DNA of 63,336 nucleotides from Thermomonas sp. (lineage in GTDB: Bacteria; Pseudomonadota; Gammaproteobacteria; Xanthomonadales; Xanthomonadaceae). A program made the translations under genes and the position numbers. Shown piece by piece: positions 56,248 to 63,336 of this stretch (its first letter is position 1; every line of letters starts with the position of its first letter). Where the stretch lies: NCBI GenBank assembly GCA_036666995.1, contig JAVWUU010000001.1, positions 1 through 63,336 of the forward strand, given 5' to 3'. The notes under the pieces were generated by a model, which was given only the letters and a program-made list of their open reading frames with translations, did not search any database and was not told the DNA's origin.

Positions 56248-56548
56248 GTCCCCGCCCCAACTGGCGCAGGAACCCGGCATGGGGAGTGTGCCCATGCTCC
56301 GGCGATGACCCCGAACTGGCAGTGCCGGAATGGATCCCGGCCTGCCCGCGCGCTACTCCAGCGCGCGGATCGGTTCGGTGCCACCCGTGCGCGAGACTGC
56401 CGCCCGGGTCGCCCATTTGCCAAGCCGCGCATATGTCGGCTTTGGCTGGTTGTTCGTTGCCGTCCATGGCGCTGATTCAGGGCTCTGTGGAGCCCTGCCC
56501 GGACATCCTGTCCGGGCACTCGGCGGGTCAAGCGCAACAGTACTGCGC

Positions 56549-57901
56549 TTAGCGCGAAGCCCCTCGCCCCTTCAGGTTCGCCTTCTTCAGCAGGCTCTCG
56601 TACTGGTGCGACATCAGGTGCGCCTGGATCTGCGCAATGAAATCCATCACCACCACGACCACGATCAGAAGCGAGGTTCCGCCGAAGTAGAACGAGGTCC
56701 CGAGCTGGGTGCGCATCACTTCCGGCAACAGACAGACGAGCACCAGGTACAGCGCACCAGCTGCGGTCAACCGGGTCAGCACGCCATCAACGTACTCGGC
56801 CGTCGCCTTGCCGGGACGAATGCCCGGAATCAACGCGCCCGACTTCTTGAGGTTGTCCGCGGTTTCCTGCGAATTGAAGACCAACGCGGTATAGAAGAAC
56901 GCGAAGCCGACGATCAAGCCAGCCAGCAACAGCATGTGCAGCGGCTCGCCGGGCGACAGCATCTGGCTCGCCTTCTGCAGCCAGTTGGTCGCCGAGCCAC
57001 CCGACTGGCCGAACCAGCTGGAGGCCGTCGCGGGGAACATGATGATCGACGACGCGAAGATCGGCGGAATCACGCCGGCCATGTTGAGCTTGAGCGGCAG
57101 GAACGAGCTCTGGTTCATGTACGCGCCACGGCCACCCTGGCGACGCGCGTAATTGACCGTGATCCGGCGCTGGCCGCGTTCCACGAACACCACGAACCAG
57201 GTGAACGCCAGCACGATCGCCAGGATGAAGAACACCGTGATCCACTGCATGTCGCCGCTGTTGGCCTGCTGCAGCGTGTTGAGCACGGCGCCCGGCAGGC
57301 CGGCGACGATGCCGGCGAAGATGATCAGGGAGATGCCGTTGCCGATGCCGCGCTCGGTGACTTGCTCACCCAGCCACATCAGGAACATCGTGCCTGCGGT
57401 CAGCGAGACCACCGCCGTCAGCACAAAGCCCGGTCCCGGGTTGTAGACGACCGGCAGGCCGCTGCCCGCACCCTGGCTCTGCAATGCGATCGCGATGCCG
57501 GCGGCCTGGAAGATCGCCAGGAACACCGCACCGAAACGCGAGTACTGGGTGATCTTGCGACGCCCGGACTCGCCTTCCTTCGACATCGCCTTCCAGCTCG
57601 GCAGGATCTGGGTCATCAGCTGGACCACGATCGACGCCGAGATGTAGGGCACCACGTTCAGCGCGAACAGGCTGAAACGCGACAGCGCACCACCCGAGAA
57701 CATGTTGAACATGTCCACGATGGTGCCCTTCTGGCCTTCCATCAACTGCAACATAGCCTGCGGGTTGACGCCCGGCACCGGGATGAAGCAACCGATGCGG
57801 TAGATGATCAACGCACCCAGGACGAACAGCAGGCGCGAGCGAAGTTCAGTGAACTTGCCCGCACCGGCCAGACCCGACATCGCACCCGCGGTTCGCGACA
57901 T
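56549..57901 (-). CDS. secY: Preprotein translocase SecY
   Basis: [44 protein letters not shown]. Confidence 0.98.
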   Translation of the reverse strand: MSRTAGAMSGLAGAGKFTELRSRLLFVLGALIIYRIGCFIPVPGVNPQAMLQLMEGQKGTIVDMFNMFSGGALSRFSLFALNVVPYISASIVVQLMTQILPSWKAMSKEGESGRRKITQYSRFGAVFLAIFQAAGIAIALQSQGAGSGLPVVYNPGPGFVLTAVVSLTAGTMFLMWLGEQVTERGIGNGISLIIFAGIVAGLPGAVLNTLQQANSGDMQWITVFFILAIVLAFTWFVVFVERGQRRITVNYARRQGGRGAYMNQSSFLPLKLNMAGVIPPIFASSIIMFPATASSWFGQSGGSATNWLQKASQMLSPGEPLHMLLLAGLIVGFAFFYTALVFNSQETADNLKKSGALIPGIRPGKATAEYVDGVLTRLTAAGALYLVLVCLLPEVMRTQLGTSFYFGGTSLLIVVVVVMDFIAQIQAHLMSHQYESLLKKANLKGRGASR

Positions 57902-57908
57902 GCCTTGC

Positions 57909-58346
57909 TTACTCCGCCAGCTTGCCGCCGGCGGCCTCGATCGCGGCCTTGGCGCCAGCGGTCGCAGCGATGCCCTTCAGGGTGAACGCCTTGGTGACGT
58001 CGCCCTTGACCACGATCTTGGCGCGCTTGGCGGTGCTCGGCACCAGCTTGGCGGCGCGCAGGGCGGCGAAATCGATCTCGCCGGCCGGCAGCGTGTCCAG
58101 CTTGTACAGCAGCACTTCGGCGGTGTCGTTGGCCAGCTTCGAACGGAAGCCGATCTTCGGCAGGCGACGCTGCATGGGCATCTGGCCGCCTTCGAAACCG
58201 GCCTTGATCTTGCCCTTGCCGGCGCGCGCGAACGAACCCTTGTGGCCACGGCCGCAGGTCTTGCCGAGGCCGGAACCGATGCCGCGTCCGACGCGCTTCG
58301 GCACCTGACGAGCGCCCTCTGCGGGGCTGAGAGTATTCATTTTCAT
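57909..58346 (-). CDS. rplO: 50S ribosomal protein L15
   Basis: [21 protein letters not shown]. Confidence 0.98.
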   Translation of the reverse strand: MKMNTLSPAEGARQVPKRVGRGIGSGLGKTCGRGHKGSFARAGKGKIKAGFEGGQMPMQRRLPKIGFRSKLANDTAEVLLYKLDTLPAGEIDFAALRAAKLVPSTAKRAKIVVKGDVTKAFTLKGIAATAGAKAAIEAAGGKLAE

Positions 58347-58350
58347 GGGA

Positions 58351-58542
58351 TTAGTCCTCGACCTTGACCAGGTAGTGGAGCTGGTTGATCAGGCCACGCA
58401 CCTGCGGGCTGTCCTTCAGCACGCGGACGCTGTTGAGCTTGCCCAGACCGAGCGCCTTCACCGACAGGCGGTGGCGCGACTGGGTGCCACGCAGGCCCTT
58501 GACCAGGCGAACGGTGACCGTGCCGGCTTCATTCTTAGCCAT
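58351..58542 (-). CDS. rpmD: 50S ribosomal protein L30
   Basis: Size, position, ALGL...DSPQVRGLI. Confidence 0.95.
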   Translation of the reverse strand: MAKNEAGTVTVRLVKGLRGTQSRHRLSVKALGLGKLNSVRVLKDSPQVRGLINQLHYLVKVED

Positions 58543-59074
58543 TGATCAGGTCCTCCACCTTCTTGCCGCGCTTGGCTGCGATCTTGGACGGCGAATGCAT
58601 CGCCTCCAGACCCTTGACCGTGGCGCGGACCAGGTTGATCGGGTTGCGCGAACCGACAGCCTTGGCCAGCACGTTCTTGACGCCGACCGCTTCCAGCACG
58701 GCGCGCATCGCGCCACCGGCGATCACGCCGGTACCTTCGGACGCCGGCTGCATGAACACGCGTGCAGCGCCGTGGCCGGCCTTGACCGCGTGGTGCAGCG
58801 TGCCGTTGTTGAGCTCGACCACGCTCATCTTCTTGCGCGCGTATTCCATCGACTTCTGGATCGCGACCGGCACTTCGCGTGCCTTGCCGTAACCGAAGCC
58901 GACCTTGCCTGCGCCATCGCCCACCACCGTCAACGCGGTGAAGGTGAACTGGCGACCGCCCTTGACCGTCTTGCTGACGCGGTTGACCGCGATCAGCTTC
59001 TCGATCATGCCGTCATCGACTTTTTCCTCGCGGGGACCGCGATCGCGGCCGCGGGATTCGCGTTGCTCTGCCAT
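58535..59074 (-). CDS. rpsE: 30S ribosomal protein S5
   Basis: [19 protein letters not shown]. Confidence 0.98.
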   Translation of the reverse strand: MAEQRESRGRDRGPREEKVDDGMIEKLIAVNRVSKTVKGGRQFTFTALTVVGDGAGKVGFGYGKAREVPVAIQKSMEYARKKMSVVELNNGTLHHAVKAGHGAARVFMQPASEGTGVIAGGAMRAVLEAVGVKNVLAKAVGSRNPINLVRATVKGLEAMHSPSKIAAKRGKKVEDLING

Positions 59075-59238
59075 TTCGATATCTCGTTGTATGAAGGGAT
59101 TTGCGGCGTCGCCGCTTATCGTTGTGGATTACCGCGATTGTTCCGCCATGACCGCAACCGGTGCTGGCGTCCGATGCACCTTGCATCGGCAAGAAAGCTG
59201 CTGCATGGCATGGGGACGGAACCCCATGCCGGCAAGAC

Positions 59239-59595
59239 TCAGAACTGCAGGCCGCCTTCGCGCGCGGCATCGGCCAGCGCCTTGACGCGACCGTGGTAAC
59301 GGTAACCCGAGCGGTCGAACGCGACCTTCTCGATGCCCGCAGCCTTGGCGCGCTCGGCGATCACCTGGCCGACCTTGGCGGCGGCGTCCTTGTTCTTGCC
59401 GTTCTTCAGGCCGGACATCACGTCGGCCTGCACGGTGGAGGCCGAAGCCAGCACCTTGGCGCCATCGGCGGTGAACAGCTGTGCGTACAGGTGCTGGCCC
59501 GTGCGCAGCACGGTCAGGCGCGGCACGCCGAGGGTACGGATGTGCGCGCGGGTGGACTTGGCGCGGCGCAGGCGGGCGGTGTTCTTGATGCTCAT
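59239..59595 (-). CDS. rplR: 50S ribosomal protein L18
   Basis: [26 protein letters not shown]. Confidence 0.98.
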   Translation of the reverse strand: MSIKNTARLRRAKSTRAHIRTLGVPRLTVLRTGQHLYAQLFTADGAKVLASASTVQADVMSGLKNGKNKDAAAKVGQVIAERAKAAGIEKVAFDRSGYRYHGRVKALADAAREGGLQF

Positions 59596-59639
59596 GATCT
59601 GATTCCTCGAAGCTGAAGACGCGTGCATTCCCGGGGGAA

Positions 59640-60167
59640 TTACGCCTTCTTGGCTTCCTTGCGGATGATGACTTCGCCGGCGTACTTCACACCCTTGCCC
59701 TTGTAGGGCTCGGGCGGACGGTAGCCACGGATCTTGGCGGCGACTTCGCCGACGCGCTGCTTGTCCGCACCCTGCACCAGGATTTCGGTCTGGGTCGGGG
59801 TGCTGATGGTGATGCCTTCCGGCGCCGGGAACACCACCGGGTGCGAGAAGCCGAGCGAGAGGCTCAGGTCCTTGCCCTGCATGGCGGCACGGTAACCGAC
59901 GCCGACCAGCTCGAGCTTGCGCTCGAAACCGTCGGACACGCCCTTCACCATGTTGGCGACGATCGCGCGCAGCGTGCCGGTCAGCGGAACCAGCGACGGA
60001 TCATTGGCGGACAGCTGGGCATTGCCGTCTTCGATCTTCACTTCGATGCCGGCCGGCTTCGGCACGCTCAGGGTGCCCTTCGGGCCCTTCACGCTGATCG
60101 AATCCGCCTGGACATTCAGTTCGACGCCCTTGACCAGGGCAACGGGCTTCTTGGCAACTCGGGACAT
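59640..60167 (-). CDS. rplF: 50S ribosomal protein L6
   Basis: [22 protein letters not shown]. Confidence 0.98.
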   Translation of the reverse strand: MSRVAKKPVALVKGVELNVQADSISVKGPKGTLSVPKPAGIEVKIEDGNAQLSANDPSLVPLTGTLRAIVANMVKGVSDGFERKLELVGVGYRAAMQGKDLSLSLGFSHPVVFPAPEGITISTPTQTEILVQGADKQRVGEVAAKIRGYRPPEPYKGKGVKYAGEVIIRKEAKKA

Positions 60168-60180
60168 TTTCGTTACTCCC

Positions 60181-60576
60181 TTACGCCACGATGCACAGGA
60201 CTTCACCACCGACGCCCTGCTGGCGCGCCTGCGAGTCGGTCATGATGCCCTTGGAGGTGGAAATGATGGCGATGCCCAGGCCCGCGAGGACCTTCGGCAG
60301 CGCATCCTTGCCGCGGTAGTGACGCAGGCCCGAGCGCGACACGCGCTTCAGGGTCTCGATCACCGGCTTGCCCTCGTAGTACTTCAGGGCGATCTCGAGC
60401 TCGGTCTTGGCGCCGTTCTCGGTGACACGGACGTCGGCGATGTAGCCCTCGCCCTTGAGGACGTTGGCGATTGCGACCTTGGTCTTGGACGACGGCATCT
60501 TCACCGTCTGCTTGCCAACCGCCGCCGCATTCTTGATGCGGACCAGCATGTCGGCGATGGGATCAGTCATGCTCAT
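60181..60576 (-). CDS. rpsH: 30S ribosomal protein S8
   Basis: [20 protein letters not shown]. Confidence 0.98.
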   Translation of the reverse strand: MSMTDPIADMLVRIKNAAAVGKQTVKMPSSKTKVAIANVLKGEGYIADVRVTENGAKTELEIALKYYEGKPVIETLKRVSRSGLRHYRGKDALPKVLAGLGIAIISTSKGIMTDSQARQQGVGGEVLCIVA

Positions 60577-60737
60577 TGAAAATTCCTGATGAGTAGCACC
60601 GATATCCGCTTTCGCGAAAATCTGTCTGGATTGTGGACACCGTCAGCCCGGGAAGGTCGCGGTGCTTGTTGCGGCCGAAAGGCCCGCATCGCTGCGGGCC
60701 TCGGGCTTTTCCCTGCTTTCAGGGCGGGAAGCCGCCC

Positions 60738-60746
60738 AGTATAGCA
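60738..60746 (-). promoter_or_regulatory. Putative extended -10 internal promoter upstream of rpsH
   Basis: TGcTATACT on the minus strand just after the rpsN stop. Confidence 0.5.
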
Positions 60747-60756
60747 GGAGTTTCGG

Positions 60757-61062
60757 TTACCAGCTTGCCTTGCGCAGGCCGGGGACATCCCCGTTCATCG
60801 TCGCCTTGCGCAGCGCGTTGCGGCCAAGGCCGAACTTGCTGTACACGGCGCGCGGACGGCCGGTCAGGGCGCAGCGGGTGGTCTGGCGGCTCGGCGAGGA
60901 ATCGCGCGGCAGCTTCTGCAGCTTGGTTGCGGCGGCCATCTTGTCCTCGTAGGAGGCATCCTGGCTGGCGATCACCTTCTTGAGCGCGTCGCGCTTGCCG
61001 GCATGCTGCTTGGCCAGCTTGGCGCGCTTGGTTTCGCGGTTGATCATGGAAGTCTTGGCCAT
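60757..61062 (-). CDS. rpsN: 30S ribosomal protein S14 (101-aa, zinc-independent type)
   Basis: LPRDSS...RCALTGRPR...PGLRKASW. Confidence 0.98.
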   Translation of the reverse strand: MAKTSMINRETKRAKLAKQHAGKRDALKKVIASQDASYEDKMAAATKLQKLPRDSSPSRQTTRCALTGRPRAVYSKFGLGRNALRKATMNGDVPGLRKASW

Positions 61063-61071
61063 GGTCGATCC

Positions 61072-61614
61072 TCAGTTCCGGAACGGGAAGCGGAAGGCTT
61101 CGAGCAAGGCCTTGGCCTCGGCGTCGGTCTTCGCGGTGGTGGTGATGGCGATATCCATGCCGCGCATCGCGTCGACCTGGTCGAAATCGATCTCCGGGAA
61201 GATGATCTGCTCCTTGACGCCCATGTTGTAGTTGCCGCGGCCGTCGAACGAGCGACCGGACACGCCGCGGAAGTCGCGGACGCGCGGCAGCGAGATGTTG
61301 ATCAGGCGGTCGAGGAACTCGAACATCTTGGCGCGGCGCAGGGTGACCTTGGCGCCGATCGGCCAGCCGTCGCGGATCTTGAACGATGCGACCGAGACGC
61401 GCGACTTGGTGACCTGCGGCTTCTGGCCGGAGATCTTGGCCATGTCGGCCACCGCGTTCTCCAGCACCTTCTTGTTCGTCGCCGCCTCGCCCACGCCCAT
61501 GTTCAGGGTGATCTTGGTCAGCTTCGGGACTTCCATGATGTTGGAGTAGCCGAACTGCTTCATCAGCTTCGGCACCACTTCATCCTTGTAGAACTTCTCG
61601 AGACGGGTGCTCAT
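61072..61614 (-). CDS. rplE: 50S ribosomal protein L5
   Basis: [24 protein letters not shown]. Confidence 0.98.
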   Translation of the reverse strand: MSTRLEKFYKDEVVPKLMKQFGYSNIMEVPKLTKITLNMGVGEAATNKKVLENAVADMAKISGQKPQVTKSRVSVASFKIRDGWPIGAKVTLRRAKMFEFLDRLINISLPRVRDFRGVSGRSFDGRGNYNMGVKEQIIFPEIDFDQVDAMRGMDIAITTTAKTDAEAKALLEAFRFPFRN

Positions 61615-61615
61615 G

Positions 61616-61930
61616 TCAGATGGCCTCACCGCTGGAGCGGAGCACGCGGATGCGCTTTCCATTCTCCAGGGTCTTGGTGGCAGTGCGCTCGCCCTTGCCG
61701 GTGGCCGGGTTGAGCAGCATCACGTTGGAAATGTGAATCGACGCCTCGCGCTCGATCAGCCCGCCGGCCTGGCCAGCTTGCGGATTCGGCTTGGTGGCGC
61801 GCTTGACCAGGTTCAGGTTCGAGACGAACACGCGCTCGCCGTCGACGCGCAGCACTTCGCCGGTCTGGCCCTTGATCTTCTTGTTGCCGGTGGTGACGAC
61901 GACCTGGTCGCCCTTGCGGATACGGTTCAT
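61616..61930 (-). CDS. rplX: 50S ribosomal protein L24
   Basis: [18 protein letters not shown]. Confidence 0.97.
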   Translation of the reverse strand: MNRIRKGDQVVVTTGNKKIKGQTGEVLRVDGERVFVSNLNLVKRATKPNPQAGQAGGLIEREASIHISNVMLLNPATGKGERTATKTLENGKRIRVLRSSGEAI

Positions 61931-61946
61931 GTCTTCCTTCCTCCGC

Positions 61947-62315
61947 TCAGAGCACTTCAGGCGCGAGCGAGACGATCTTCATGAACTTCTCGGAGCGCAG
62001 CTCGCGGGTCACTGGCCCGAAGATGCGCGTGCCGATCGGCTCTTGCTTGTTGTTGAGCAACACCGCGGCGTTGCCATCGAAGCGGATCAGCGAACCGTCG
62101 GCGCGGCGCACACCCTTGCGGGTACGGACCACGACGGCGTCGTAGACGTCGCCCTTCTTGACCTTGCCGCGCGGGATCGCGTCCTTCACCGACACCTTGA
62201 TGATGTCGCCGATGCCGGCGTAACGGCGCTTGGAGCCGCCGAGCACCTTGATGCACATCAGTTCCTTGGCACCGGAGTTGTCGGCGACGTCGAGATAGCT
62301 CTGCATCTGGATCAT
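61947..62315 (-). CDS. rplN: 50S ribosomal protein L14
   Basis: [22 protein letters not shown]. Confidence 0.98.
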   Translation of the reverse strand: MIQMQSYLDVADNSGAKELMCIKVLGGSKRRYAGIGDIIKVSVKDAIPRGKVKKGDVYDAVVVRTRKGVRRADGSLIRFDGNAAVLLNNKQEPIGTRIFGPVTRELRSEKFMKIVSLAPEVL

Positions 62316-62327
62316 GCTGTCTCTCCC

Positions 62328-62591
62328 TTACTCGGCCGCGCGGGCGAGGATCTCGACCACGCGCCAGTTCTTGGTCTTGGACATCGGCGCGCACTCGGCC
62401 ACGCGGACGGTATCGCCCTCGTTGCACGAATTCTCGGCGTCGTGGGCGTGCAGCTTGGTCGAGCGACGGATGTACTTGCCGTACAGCGCGTGCTTGACCA
62501 GACGCTCGACGAGCACCGTCACGGTCTTGTCCATCTTGTTGCTGACGACGCGGCCTTCGACCGTGTGCAGCTTCTTGGTTTGTTCGGTCAT
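62328..62591 (-). CDS. rpsQ: 30S ribosomal protein S17
   Basis: [17 protein letters not shown]. Confidence 0.98.
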   Translation of the reverse strand: MTEQTKKLHTVEGRVVSNKMDKTVTVLVERLVKHALYGKYIRRSTKLHAHDAENSCNEGDTVRVAECAPMSKTKNWRVVEILARAAE

Positions 62592-62602
62592 CTCGGCTGT
62601 CC

Positions 62603-62794
62603 TTACTTCGTCGCGCCGAGCAGCGTGTTGACGCGAGCAATCTCGCGGCGCACGCGGCGGGGTTCGTTGGTCTTGGACGGGGGGAGCTGGCCGGTGGCCT
62701 TCTGCATGCGAAGCGCGAAACGCTCCTTCTGCAGTTCGACCAGGTGGGCCTTCAGCTCGTCCGCCGACTTCTGACGCAGTTGCTTGAGTTCCAT
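62603..62794 (-). CDS. rpmC: 50S ribosomal protein L29
   Basis: F.LRMQ.ATGQL...RREIARVNT. Confidence 0.97.
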   Translation of the reverse strand: MELKQLRQKSADELKAHLVELQKERFALRMQKATGQLPPSKTNEPRRVRREIARVNTLLGATK

Positions 62795-63207
62795 CAGCGC
62801 ACCGTCCGGGTCACGAAAGTGGTGGTGACCGAGAGCTTGGCGGCGGCCAGGCGGAACGCCTCGCGCGCAGTCGTCTCATCGACGCCCTCGATCTCGTAGA
62901 TCATGCGGCCGGGCTGGATCTGGGCCACCCAGTACTCCACGTTGCCCTTGCCCGAGCCCATGCGGACTTCGATCGGCTTCTTGGTGATCGGCTTGTCGGG
63001 AAACACGCGGATCCACATCTTGCCGCCACGCTTCACGTAACGGCTGATGGAACGACGCGCGGCCTCGATCTGGCGTGCGGTGAGCTGGCCATGGGCGGTT
63101 GCCTTCAGGCCGAACTCGCCGAAGCTGACGGCGTTGCCGCTCCAGGCCAGGCCATCATTGCGGCCCTTGTGGACCTTGCGGTATTTGGTTCGCTTGGGTT
63201 GCAACAT
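62794..63207 (-). CDS. rplP: 50S ribosomal protein L16
   Basis: [18 protein letters not shown]. Confidence 0.98.
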   Translation of the reverse strand: MLQPKRTKYRKVHKGRNDGLAWSGNAVSFGEFGLKATAHGQLTARQIEAARRSISRYVKRGGKMWIRVFPDKPITKKPIEVRMGSGKGNVEYWVAQIQPGRMIYEIEGVDETTAREAFRLAAAKLSVTTTFVTRTVR

Positions 63208-63209
63208 GA

Positions 63210-63336
63210 TTAGTCCCTCGCTTCACGATCGCGGCGCGGACCGCGCGGACGCTCACGGTCGCCACGCTCTGCGCGCGGTGCCGGGGAGTCGTCCTGCTTT
63301 TCCTGGCCGATCTGGGAGAAATCGAAGATCTCGCCC
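63210..63336 (-). CDS. rpsC: 30S ribosomal protein S3, C-terminal fragment at the window edge
   Basis: ...[16 protein letters not shown]...[13 protein letters not shown] immediately upstream of rplP. Confidence 0.9.
   Translation of the reverse strand, partial: GEIFDFSQIGQEKQDDSPAPRAERGDRERPRGPRRDREARD

Noticed and set aside
60757-61062. Zinc-free S14 as a Zur-regulated paralog
   Set aside because: The 101-aa form is the normal spc-operon S14 in Gammaproteobacteria

Overview
High-GC chromosomal window from a Xanthomonadaceae (Lysobacteraceae) bacterium. The assignment rests on bTHX, class II DAHP synthase, GTAG-type REPs and the lack of rpmJ after secY; a Thermomonas/Lysobacter-like host is an inference. 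Most of it is core genome: a dispersed hut cluster (hutU, hutF, hutI), a Zur-controlled zinc-uptake locus next to gltX, lpxH, folC-dedD-purF (no cvpA), tandem S46 peptidases, tdh-kbl, ompA, fadH, prpBC, mdh, typA, dsbB and the S10(3' part)-spc-alpha ribosomal operons. The one clearly foreign element is a lower-GC, stand-alone 830-aa gene directly behind hutU. It encodes a MORC-type GHKL ATPase fused to a PD-(D/E)xK nuclease, has no methyltransferase partner and is bordered by a short degenerate repeat, making it a candidate single-gene defence system. The second notable signal is non-coding: a candidate Csr/Rsm-type sRNA with GGA-loop hairpins and a strong terminator at about 165-320 (minus strand), and similar GGA-loop hairpin clusters in the long secY-rpsM and rpoA-rplQ spacers. 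No tRNA, rRNA, CRISPR array, integrase or transposase was seen. All calls come from motif recognition by eye; no searches were run.
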